DNA of 32,000 nucleotides from Fibrobacter succinogenes subsp. succinogenes S85 (GTDB lineage: Bacteria > Fibrobacterota > Fibrobacteria > Fibrobacterales > Fibrobacteraceae). The position numbers and the translations under genes are program-made. This document shows, piece after piece, positions 17,357 to 26,188 of the stretch (position 1 is the stretch's first letter; each line of letters starts with the position of its first letter). The stretch spans positions 1,770,001 through 1,802,000 of the forward strand of contig NC_017448.1 of assembly GCF_000146505.1 (NCBI RefSeq), written 5' to 3'. The notes under the pieces were generated by a model. It saw only the letters and a program-made list of their open reading frames with translations, was not told the origin of the DNA and did not search any database.

Positions 17357-18568
17357 TTAGAAGGCGTAAGTTGCAGAAAGGTGATAACGATTCAGGTCCG
17401 CTTCTTTTACCGTATTGGCGGTCAAGTAATCCGTTTGAACGCGAAGGTATTCGAATCCCAACGAGAATGCGTCTGTCAAATTGTAGGTCGTATTGGCAAA
17501 GAACGAGAAGTTTTGTTCACGGCCACCGGCTTTTCTAATATCTTCACGTTTTAGCTTGTCAAGTCCGGCACCCACATTAAAGGCCAACTTTTGGATAAAT
17601 TTGGCTTGCAAGGCAATCCATCCACCGTAAGCACCAATGCTTCTTACGCTTTCGGGGTCTTCAGTATTCGAAACCAGTCCGCGTCCAATACCGGCTGCGT
17701 ATGTATCGAGATTAGCACCGACAAAATACTCACCAAGGAAGGTAAAGTTGCTTGTGATGGGGAGAGTCAAATCGACGTTAAAAGACCATGAGGGAATATC
17801 CTTAGTATCACCAGTGGCATCCAAGTCAACTTCTTCTTGGCCATAATGACCAGAAATACCTAAACCGAACTTTTTATTTTCAACCCAAAGCGGAATGGCA
17901 ATACCGATGCGTCCCTGAATGGTAGGAACGTCTGCATCGACACCGGTCTCTGAAGCAGAAGAAGTGTTGTACGGCTGCGTTTCGCCGATAGTGCGAACAA
18001 GAGCAACAGCAAAGTCTAAAGAGCCATTACCAACAGGAACTTTTTCGGTCAGTCGGAGTTGTGCTCTGCGAAGGCCCGGATCACCAGAGTTGTTAAGAAC
18101 GCCAGCATTGATCGTTGGAGTCACGAGGGGAGAAATCAAATCCCATGTCTGACCGCCCAAAATGGAGAAACCGGACTTGCCAAAAGAAATTTCGCCGTAA
18201 CCATGACGGAGGCGTGGAACAGGCGCATTACCGGAACCGCCACCGTAGAAATCAACTTCGATTTTACCGTTCACCTTGAGGAACGAAGTATCGCTACCGC
18301 TCGAAAGATTCAAACCGATTCGAGTGAGGTTCGGCGTGAAATGCCAGCCACCATCGTTTTTGTTGGCAATATCCGATTGAGCAGCAAAGTTTGCAAAGTT
18401 GCCATTATTGCTCTTGGAATCTTCGTAGGCGGCGTTCAAAGACGCAAAACCATAGAGTGTAGCACTTACGCCAGATTTCGTGGTAACAGCAATAGGTTCA
18501 GCAGCAATTGCAGTAATTGAAGACAAAAGAACAATTTGAGCTATAGATTTTTTAATATTGAAATTCAT
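17357..18568 (-). CDS. Outer-membrane beta-barrel (porin-like) protein, first gene of ABC operon 1
   Basis: About 403 aa from ATG 18568 (SD aggag). Signal peptide MNFNIKKSIAQIVLLSSITAIAAEP, alternating beta-strand pattern, C-terminal ...LSATYAF. The longer ORF start at 18625 lacks an SD. Confidence 0.65.
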   Translation of the reverse strand: MNFNIKKSIAQIVLLSSITAIAAEPIAVTTKSGVSATLYGFASLNAAYEDSKSNNGNFANFAAQSDIANKNDGGWHFTPNLTRIGLNLSSGSDTSFLKVNGKIEVDFYGGGSGNAPVPRLRHGYGEISFGKSGFSILGGQTWDLISPLVTPTINAGVLNNSGDPGLRRAQLRLTEKVPVGNGSLDFAVALVRTIGETQPYNTSSASETGVDADVPTIQGRIGIAIPLWVENKKFGLGISGHYGQEEVDLDATGDTKDIPSWSFNVDLTLPITSNFTFLGEYFVGANLDTYAAGIGRGLVSNTEDPESVRSIGAYGGWIALQAKFIQKLAFNVGAGLDKLKREDIRKAGGREQNFSFFANTTYNLTDAFSLGFEYLRVQTDYLTANTVKEADLNRYHLSATYAF

Positions 18569-18920
18569 GGAGAAACTCCTATTTTTTATGAGTTTAGTAA
18601 CCACGCAGAGCAATATTCTGCGCACTTTTAAAATTGCCGATTAGCCATTTAAAATGGCTTTGGCTTAGTTATTGGAGAATTTACAGCTACAACACATATA
18701 GGTATCCTCGTGTTGATTTGTGGAAGTTTCGGAACACAATGTTCTCGAATGCAACGCTTAAATTAGAAAAGAAAAAATGATTTGTAAAATACTTTATTTT
18801 TATCACACGATATAAGAAATTTATTTACATATAAAGTATAGTTATACAAAATAAACTCAAATAGCAGTAGCCTATACATGTACAATAGATTCCCGCCGGA
18901 GTTTATCATACGAGCATTAT

Positions 18921-18951
18921 AAAAAAGGAAATGCCCGATCAAGTCGGGCAT
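18921..18951 (-). terminator. Rho-independent terminator of nitrogenase-like operon 2
   Basis: On the - strand: atgcccga-cttga-tcgggcat, followed by ttcctttttt. Confidence 0.55.
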
Positions 18952-18963
18952 GACGTTCTCTTC

Positions 18964-18993
18964 TGTCACCCCGGCCACAGTGCCGGGGTCAAC
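18964..18993. repeat. REP-like palindromic unit, related to 3761-3789
   Basis: tgtcaccccggccacagtgccggggtcaac. 8-bp stem accccggc / gccggggt. Confidence 0.4.
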
Positions 18994-19011
18994 TTTTTAC
19001 GGCATTTTTTA

Positions 19012-20364
19012 TTATTTTCCGCCAACGGATGCGCTATAAATTTTTTCAAGCAAATTAAGCGCACCCTTATAACCGACGAAACTACGATTGATAATCAAAG
19101 TTTCGCTGGACGGAGGCGTAATTTCAAAGAACAAAGCGCCCTTATCATTGGCAAGATTGATTTCCCAAGAAGAAGCAAGAATCAACGGCTTTCCAGAAGA
19201 GAAATCAACTTCCTTGATAGCTTTTTCAATCAAGTAGCCATCTTCTTCGAATTCCACTTCAACATCGACACCTTCGCTGATGTTATGGAAAGCATCTTCG
19301 ATGGTCTTGCGGAATTTCTGCGGAGGATCGTCCGTGATAATCGCCTTGCGCGGAATAAGGCCGATTTGGTCGGCAAGGAACTTGGTGTAGGCAAGCGTGT
19401 AAGCGGAATCAGCAGTAATTGCAAATTCACTCGGCATACCGTACCAGTATTCAGCAAAGAATTCAGAGAAGTGTTCCAAATAGTAGTAATAAATACCATT
19501 TTCTTGTTCAATGAACTTTTCGCTCTGTTCCTTATCGATTCCGGCAAAATCAACAACTTTGCGGATAAATGCAGCAGTTGCTTCGGCACCGATTGGAATT
19601 TCAGGAATATGGAGGAACGGCTGACCATATTTTTTCTCAAGGTGTTCAGCATTTCTCACGCCGACCCACGGAGAGACCACCAAGTTAAACTGAGCTTCCG
19701 GAATGCGCAACCAATCCTTGACACCGTTATTTTCAGGTCCAAAGAGCACATTCACTTCAAAACCAGCGCCACGGAGAATACGGGCAAGTTCCTGGTAATC
19801 ACCGCGCCAGTTCTGGTTGTAATACGGAACTTCAAACCAAAGGTTGACAAGGCCCTTCTTGCGTTCACCCTTGTAATCGCCCACAAACTGATCGACAATA
19901 GCGTTTACCACTTCTTCGTGACCGAAAAGGTTATTGCCCTTGAAGCCTGCGGTATCCACAGCCACAATCGGGTAGCCCAAATCGCGATATTCATTCACCA
20001 AGCTGGGGACGTCATCACCAATGAGGCCGCCCACGCAACCCGTGAGAACAACATAAAGGTCGCCATCGAAAACTTTGAGTGTCGATTTGATTAACTGATC
20101 CAAAGTCTTGATGCCGCCAAACACGATATCGTTTTCGGTGGAGTTTGCGCTCGGCATGTTACCAGCACCAGCGAAAATGCTGCCCTGGAAGCCGTTTTCA
20201 AAAGTGAGGAATGCGGTTTGCTTAAGCTGGCAACCCGGAGAGCAGTTGGCTATAGGAACTGCACCCTTGATGCCGACAACCGTATTGGACGCACCAACTG
20301 CGCAAGAATAGCGGGGGTCCGAAATAGAATTGCTTTTTTTCTTTGTTTTAAGTGCTTCTGACAT
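19012..20364 (-). CDS. Nitrogenase component-1 family protein, beta-like (NifK-like), set 2
   Basis: 450 aa. Cys21 (YSCAV), Cys45 (NCSPGC), Cys110 (LTGCVGGLIGDD), DTAGFKGNNLFGHE. SD gggaga. Confidence 0.8.
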   Translation of the reverse strand: MSEALKTKKKSNSISDPRYSCAVGASNTVVGIKGAVPIANCSPGCQLKQTAFLTFENGFQGSIFAGAGNMPSANSTENDIVFGGIKTLDQLIKSTLKVFDGDLYVVLTGCVGGLIGDDVPSLVNEYRDLGYPIVAVDTAGFKGNNLFGHEEVVNAIVDQFVGDYKGERKKGLVNLWFEVPYYNQNWRGDYQELARILRGAGFEVNVLFGPENNGVKDWLRIPEAQFNLVVSPWVGVRNAEHLEKKYGQPFLHIPEIPIGAEATAAFIRKVVDFAGIDKEQSEKFIEQENGIYYYYLEHFSEFFAEYWYGMPSEFAITADSAYTLAYTKFLADQIGLIPRKAIITDDPPQKFRKTIEDAFHNISEGVDVEVEFEEDGYLIEKAIKEVDFSSGKPLILASSWEINLANDKGALFFEITPPSSETLIINRSFVGYKGALNLLEKIYSASVGGK

Positions 20365-20381
20365 TTTCGAAATCTCCCTTA

Positions 20382-21986
20382 TTATGCGTTTTCTGAATTA
20401 GATTCTTTGCCTTTGCTGAACTTGAGATTTCTCGGTTCAGGAAGGTCGTTAAGTGCTTCTGGGTGATGCGTCAAATAGAACGGATCGTCCTGAGCAAGCC
20501 ACCAATCAGAATACGGGAGTTTCACATTACGCTTGAGAACTTGGTTAAACTTTGTACGTGAAAGAACGCCCTTGAGCATTTCACCAATGCGGAGGATACC
20601 ATCGTAGCCCACCGGAATATGTTCGTCGCCCATGGTGAGGGTCGGGAATCCGAGGTGGCCCGCGACAGATGCAAGGCCCGGATGGCGAATGAGCAAGAAG
20701 TCCGTCTTGGCACGCTTCAAAAGTTGCGGAAGCTGAAAGGCGCGAGTCTTACTTACAGTATAGTGCGGAATGTCGCCGTAAGTTTCCACAAGTTCCTTCA
20801 AGGTGTCTTGATGCTTTCCAGCGCCATCGTAAATGGGGTCATGATGGAACACGAGAGCTGCATCGTGGCCTATTCCGAGTTCCGAAAGAACACTGATAAG
20901 GCCGTGAGCATAAGCAGAACCCGTCATTACGATGCCGTTTTTGCCCTTGAAAAATTCGCGAAGTTCAGCGAGCTTCGGAGCAATACGCTTATGTTCACTT
21001 TCGATATATTCTTCAGCTTCTTTTTCTTTGCCAACAACTTTTGCAATAGCGCGGAGCCATTCGTCAGTGCCCTTGATACCGTACGGCTGCGGAGCATCAA
21101 TTTGCGGAACGCCGAAGGATTCTTCAAGTGCGGTGGCCATGTAGCCACCCAAAGTATCGCAGAAAGTAGCGGTTGCAACAGCTTCAGAAGCCTGGCGGAT
21201 TTCATCGAAAGATGCAGTATCCAAGAGGTAGTTGACGCGGAGCCCAAGCGGAGCAAGCATTTCAGAGAAATAGTCCGTTCCCCAAAGAGCAACAATATTG
21301 AGCAAGTCATTTTGCTTTTTGGTCGGATGGCGATTCACGATTTGACGGAGAACGCCATGGAATGCAATGTCGAAGCCCGTGGACCAATGCTTGGAACGGA
21401 AGCCTTCGCAGTGCAGCGGAATTATAGGCACGCCAACTTCAGGTTCCATTTCTTCGGCGATGGAGTCAATATCTTCACCGATAATAGCGGTAGCGCAAGC
21501 CATGCCAATGAAAATAGCCTTGGGATTGAAACGTTCTTTTGCATCACGAATCGTTTGACGAAGCTTTTCAGAAGCACCGAACACCATGTCCTGTTCTTTC
21601 AGGTTGGTGCTGATGTTCAAAGTATTCTGCAAAGGCTTGCCACGACGCTTAAGGCCCACATGCATAGAAAGGTTGAATTTGGAGTTTTCGCCGCTGCAGC
21701 CGATCGGAGAATGGTCAATCAAAGCGCAGTCCGTGAGGTTGCCCACCTGGCACTGGACAATAGCGTTGGAACACATGGTTTCTTGGTTGAGCGGAGATTG
21801 CAATTCGCAAAGCTTACAGCCGGCCCCCTTGCCTGCGCAGCCACCGTGCTTTTTCGCGCTGCGTTCGTCGTAGGCAGATTCCTTGATCAAGTCGCTGGCT
21901 TTGCCGTCCCAACCGATAATGGTACCCAGTCGATATTCGCGGTTTTCGACCGAGGTCATATTTAAATTAATGTTAGTTGATGCCAT
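20382..21986 (-). CDS. Nitrogenase component-1 family protein, alpha-like (NifD-like), set 2, with a Cys-rich N-terminal region
   Basis: 534 aa. GNLTDCALIDHSPIGC lines up with NifD GPIKDMIHISHGPVGC. Other motifs: MACATAIIGEDID, IPLHCEGFRS, ATFCDTLGGYMATALEESFGVPQ. Seven Cys lie in about 50 residues (HGGCAGKGAGCKLCE...MCSNAIVQC...DC...GC). SD aggagg. Confidence 0.8.
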   Translation of the reverse strand: MASTNINLNMTSVENREYRLGTIIGWDGKASDLIKESAYDERSAKKHGGCAGKGAGCKLCELQSPLNQETMCSNAIVQCQVGNLTDCALIDHSPIGCSGENSKFNLSMHVGLKRRGKPLQNTLNISTNLKEQDMVFGASEKLRQTIRDAKERFNPKAIFIGMACATAIIGEDIDSIAEEMEPEVGVPIIPLHCEGFRSKHWSTGFDIAFHGVLRQIVNRHPTKKQNDLLNIVALWGTDYFSEMLAPLGLRVNYLLDTASFDEIRQASEAVATATFCDTLGGYMATALEESFGVPQIDAPQPYGIKGTDEWLRAIAKVVGKEKEAEEYIESEHKRIAPKLAELREFFKGKNGIVMTGSAYAHGLISVLSELGIGHDAALVFHHDPIYDGAGKHQDTLKELVETYGDIPHYTVSKTRAFQLPQLLKRAKTDFLLIRHPGLASVAGHLGFPTLTMGDEHIPVGYDGILRIGEMLKGVLSRTKFNQVLKRNVKLPYSDWWLAQDDPFYLTHHPEALNDLPEPRNLKFSKGKESNSENA

Positions 21987-22012
21987 AGATTTTTACCTCC
22001 TGCCGGTTCTCG

Positions 22013-22882
<870 letters not shown>

Positions 22883-22910
22883 TTACCTACAGAAACGCTA
22901 GGTTTGCGAA

Positions 22911-22939
22911 ATTTTAGAATTTGCGTCTACCCTTTTCAA
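22911..22939 (-). promoter_or_regulatory. Sigma-70-like promoter of nitrogenase-like operon 2
   Basis: On the - strand: TTGAAA (22939-22934), 17-nt spacer, TAAAAT (22916-22911), inside the 44-nt block identical to 7229-7272. The motif aaacgctagg (22893-22902) lies just downstream. Confidence 0.5.
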
Positions 22940-23146
22940 TACTTTTTTAGCCCATTCCGTTCAAAAAAATCCAATTTACAACATTGCTATAGTTTCATTT
23001 TATCACCCAATTCATTTAGTTTCTATCGCAATCAAGAAAATCGAACTTTATTTATTGTTCAAACAGGGTTTTATATTGCATTTACCTATTACGCTTTTTA
23101 AATTATGCGGGACTTCGTAACAGAAGCAAAAATTTAAAAGAATACA

Positions 23147-23226
23147 GAACGCTAGGTAACCGTTCTTTTATATAAACTAAACCGGTACGCCGGGAGTTTA
23201 GCCACGTAGAAAATTCATCTTCGTGG
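23147..23226 (+). promoter_or_regulatory. Conserved leader elements upstream of the NifX-like/GNAT/CysK-like operon
   Basis: gaacgctagg..cgttc (23147-23165). Hairpin taaact (23173-23178) / agttta (23195-23200) with inner stem ccgg-tacg-ccgg. Second hairpin ccacg (23202-23206) / cgtgg (23222-23226), followed by ttcatttt. Confidence 0.4.
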
Positions 23227-23261
23227 TTCATTTTACATCTGCGTTAAGGAGGCTTTTTTAC

Positions 23262-23672
23262 ATGGCTAAATACAAAGTAGCAGTTGCCACGAATGACGGA
23301 GTAAATGTCAATGTTCACTTTGGACACGCAGCCGCATTTGACATCTATGAAGTTGACGAAGCAAGCGGAAAATATGAGAAAGTCGAAGTCCGTTTAAAGC
23401 CGGAACATTGCGATGGTTCTTGCGGAGACGGCACTTGTGGCCAGCGCGAAGTTCAGCATTCATCGATGTATGCAGCAGCCAAGAATCTAGCCGATTTAGA
23501 TTACGTGCTTTGCGAACAGCTTGGTCCGCAAGCTATACAATCATTGGCCCGCTTCAATGTACGTGCATTCGATATTGCGCTCCCCATCAGCGAAGCCATT
23601 GCAAAAATCAACATTTACAGAAACAAAATCGCAGAACGCGCATTACGATTCAAATCAAATCACAACGACTAA
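23262..23672 (+). CDS. NifX/NifB-C-terminal-domain-like (dinitrogenase FeMo-cofactor-binding family) protein
   Basis: 136 aa from ATG 23262 (SD aaggagg). KVAVATNDGVNVNVHFGHAAAFDIYEV is typical of the NifX_NifB domain. Contains a CDGSCGDGTC insert. Confidence 0.75.
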   Translation: MAKYKVAVATNDGVNVNVHFGHAAAFDIYEVDEASGKYEKVEVRLKPEHCDGSCGDGTCGQREVQHSSMYAAAKNLADLDYVLCEQLGPQAIQSLARFNVRAFDIALPISEAIAKINIYRNKIAERALRFKSNHND

Positions 23673-23673
23673 A

Positions 23674-24174
23674 ATGAGTCTAAGCAAATTTACGATAAGA
23701 AAAGCGACGCTATCCGATTGCAATGCGATTGCCGCAGTGGAAGCAACATGCTTTCCGCCAGCAGAAGCTGCAAAACATGAAGATTTCCAAAAGCGTTTGG
23801 AACGCTATGCGGACTATTTTTTACTGATGTTCGATGGCGATAAGCTGATTTCATTCGTAGACGGATTTGTAACGGACATTCCCGATTTGAACGACAAAAT
23901 GTACGAAGACGCCGGTATGCACAATCCAAACGGAGCATGGCAAATGATATTCGGAGTCAACACTATCCCCGAATACCGCCATCAAGGTTGCGCAGAAAAG
24001 CTATTGAGATTATTCGTTCAAAATGCAAAAGTAGAAGGCAGACGTGGCGTTGTTCTCACTTGCAAAGAAAAGCTCGTACATTATTACGCCAAAATTGGTT
24101 TTGTTGATGAAGGTATTTCGGCAGATTCGACTCACGGAAACGTTGTCTGGAATCAAATGCGACTGACGTTTTAA
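23674..24174 (+). CDS. GNAT-family N-acetyltransferase
   Basis: 166 aa starting 2 nt after the NifX-like stop. Acetyl-CoA motif A: YRHQGCAEKLL. Also LTCKEKLVHYYAKIGF. Confidence 0.75.
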   Translation: MSLSKFTIRKATLSDCNAIAAVEATCFPPAEAAKHEDFQKRLERYADYFLLMFDGDKLISFVDGFVTDIPDLNDKMYEDAGMHNPNGAWQMIFGVNTIPEYRHQGCAEKLLRLFVQNAKVEGRRGVVLTCKEKLVHYYAKIGFVDEGISADSTHGNVVWNQMRLTF

Positions 24175-24189
24175 CAAAGAGAGGTAAAC

Positions 24190-25176
24190 ATGTCACATAT
24201 CCACCATTCTATTACAGAACTTATTGGGCATACACCGCTTCTTGAACTTCACAATTTCGAAAAGAACCACAACGCCCAAGGCCATATCTTGGCAAAGCTC
24301 GAATATTTCAACGCTACAGGTTCTGTCAAGGATCGCGCCGCCCTCAGCATGATTGAAGCTGCCGAACGCGAAGGGAAACTGAAACCGGGTGGAGAAATCG
24401 TTGACCTCACGAGTGGAAACACAGGCATTGCTCTTGCCGCCATCGCAGCCGCAAAAGGGTACAAAGTCACTATTTTCTTTGAATCCGGCGGTTCCAAGGA
24501 ACGCATTCAAGTTATCAAGACTTATGGCGCGCAGCTTTTCGATTACAAAGATATTCCCGAATTGAAAAAAGCTCTTGAAGACGGCACAATTTGCGACAAC
24601 ATCGTTATCGAGGCCATCACAAAGTACACCAAAGAGCACAACGCATTTTTCATCAACCAGTGCGAAAACGAATACAATCCCCTCGCCCACTACAATACCA
24701 CAGGGCCTGAAATATGGGAAGATACCGATGGCAAAGTAGATTTTGTCGTTTCGATGGCAGGCACAGGCGGAACACTGAACGGGCTTTCAAAATATTTCCG
24801 CGAAAAGAATCCGAATGTTAAAATTATCGGTGTGCAAGCGACTCCGGACTCCCGCTATTTCACGCCAGAAGCCGAAAAGAATGGCGTTATCGACGGTGTC
24901 GCACCATTTGCAAACGTCGCGGAACCTCCTACGTTTTTGACGGATTCCTCGATTTATGATGAATACATCGAAGTTTCTACATTACAGGCAAAAGCTGTAG
25001 CGCACGAACTTGCCGAACACGAAGGGCTTTTCCTGGGTACATCAAGTGCAGCAGGCGTTTACGCAGCCTCAATTGTCGCAGCGCGTCCTGAAAATAAAGA
25101 CAAGAACATCATCGTTATTACAGCCGATAACGGGTTCAAATATCTTTCCACAAAAGTTTATGCTTTGAATAAGTAA
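24190..25176 (+). CDS. PLP-dependent cysteine synthase-family paralog A (atypical CysK-like, 328 aa)
   Basis: Motifs NATGSVKDRAA, LTSGNTGIALA and MAGTGGTLNG, plus a family-atypical region GVQATPDSRYFTPEAEKNGVIDGVAPFANV. Close paralog of 28559-29545. Confidence 0.8.
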   Translation: MSHIHHSITELIGHTPLLELHNFEKNHNAQGHILAKLEYFNATGSVKDRAALSMIEAAEREGKLKPGGEIVDLTSGNTGIALAAIAAAKGYKVTIFFESGGSKERIQVIKTYGAQLFDYKDIPELKKALEDGTICDNIVIEAITKYTKEHNAFFINQCENEYNPLAHYNTTGPEIWEDTDGKVDFVVSMAGTGGTLNGLSKYFREKNPNVKIIGVQATPDSRYFTPEAEKNGVIDGVAPFANVAEPPTFLTDSSIYDEYIEVSTLQAKAVAHELAEHEGLFLGTSSAAGVYAASIVAARPENKDKNIIVITADNGFKYLSTKVYALNK

Positions 25177-25198
25177 GACTCATCGCATAAAACTCCTA

Positions 25199-25236
25199 AT
25201 ACTCCTTCTCGTTAACGCGGGAAGGAGTATTTTTAT
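25199..25236 (+). terminator. Rho-independent terminator after CysK-like A
   Basis: atactccttc (25199-25208) / gaaggagtat (25221-25230), followed by ttttat. Confidence 0.65.
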
Positions 25237-25294
25237 AAGTTCCGATAACATAAATCAATACGTATAATTGCGAGCGATAGCACCCAATACTTAA

Positions 25295-25378
25295 ACAAAA
25301 TTAGAATAAAATAATTTTAAATTATTTTGTTTTTCAATTGACAAAACTCTTTGACTGCGCAAAAGTGCTTTTTACTTT
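25295..25378 (+). promoter_or_regulatory. Operator-like inverted repeat plus promoter, copy 1 (upstream of the OMP / SBP-A genes)
   Basis: Inverted repeat acaaaat (25295-25301), 22-nt spacer, attttgt (25324-25330). Then TTGACT (25351-25356), 16-nt spacer, TACTTT (25373-25378). Paralogous to 27343-27427. Confidence 0.45.
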
Positions 25379-25419
25379 TAATCCGACATTAAAAAACAAA
25401 ACAAACAAGGAGTTTATCA

Positions 25420-26172
25420 ATGAATATCAATGCAAAAAAAATTATTTCCGTTATTGCCCTTGCCACTGTCAGTTCATTTGCTGAATGGGATTATTACACT
25501 GTTCTCGACGAACATCAGGGTCAAGCACGAATCAAGGCAAACTATTGGTACAACGGAGATTTCCATTCCACATCTTTTGACTTGAATGCCCGCTATACAG
25601 TCGTCAAAGGATTAGAATTGAGCCTCACCGGTCTCGGCTACCAGCTTTTTGCCGATCCGAATGACAAAACAAAAGAAGGTGACGGATTCAAGGACTTTAG
25701 CGTGGGTGCAAAATACGCATTCAATCCCAACTTCTCCGTTTTCTTAGACGCCAACATTCCCGCCGGAAAAAAAGAAATTTCCAGCCAGGAATTTAGCCTC
25801 AAGGGCGGTGTTCAATGGTTCTTGCCCATCTCCGAACAGTTCGGTATCGGTAATGAATTTGGCTTGACCGTTCCTTTCAAGCATGATGGAGTCCAACGCG
25901 GTCTCGTTGCTGATTATGGTTTTGAATTCTATTATGCATTCAGCTCCGGTATTTCTCCGTTTACAGGCTTTGTATTTACGAGCCAGTTGACAGATTCAAA
26001 GAACGAAGACAAATCCGAATCCGGAACGGGAGCCTCCAACATTTCTTTCTGGGCCGGCATTTCTTACAACGTTAACAAGAACGTCAATCTGACGCTTTAC
26101 ACTGATGTTGAATACGCCGCACATGGCGCTTATCAATCCGGCTACATTTTCCAAACAACATTCAGCTTCTAA
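25420..26172 (+). CDS. Small outer-membrane beta-barrel protein
   Basis: 250 aa. Signal peptide ...ALATVSSFA-EW, alternating hydrophobic pattern, C-terminal ...IFQTTFSF. SD aaggag. Confidence 0.6.
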   Translation: MNINAKKIISVIALATVSSFAEWDYYTVLDEHQGQARIKANYWYNGDFHSTSFDLNARYTVVKGLELSLTGLGYQLFADPNDKTKEGDGFKDFSVGAKYAFNPNFSVFLDANIPAGKKEISSQEFSLKGGVQWFLPISEQFGIGNEFGLTVPFKHDGVQRGLVADYGFEFYYAFSSGISPFTGFVFTSQLTDSKNEDKSESGTGASNISFWAGISYNVNKNVNLTLYTDVEYAAHGAYQSGYIFQTTFSF

Positions 26173-26188
26173 AAAGGAGGCCGCAATA

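Noticed and set aside
18626-18930. Possible third copy of the ACAAAAT-N22-ATTTTGT operator in the porin/ABC-1 upstream region.
   Set aside because: Only loose AT-rich resemblances are present (tttgta ... tacaaa about 60 nt apart), with different arrangement and spacing. This is not distinguishable from chance in AT-rich DNA.
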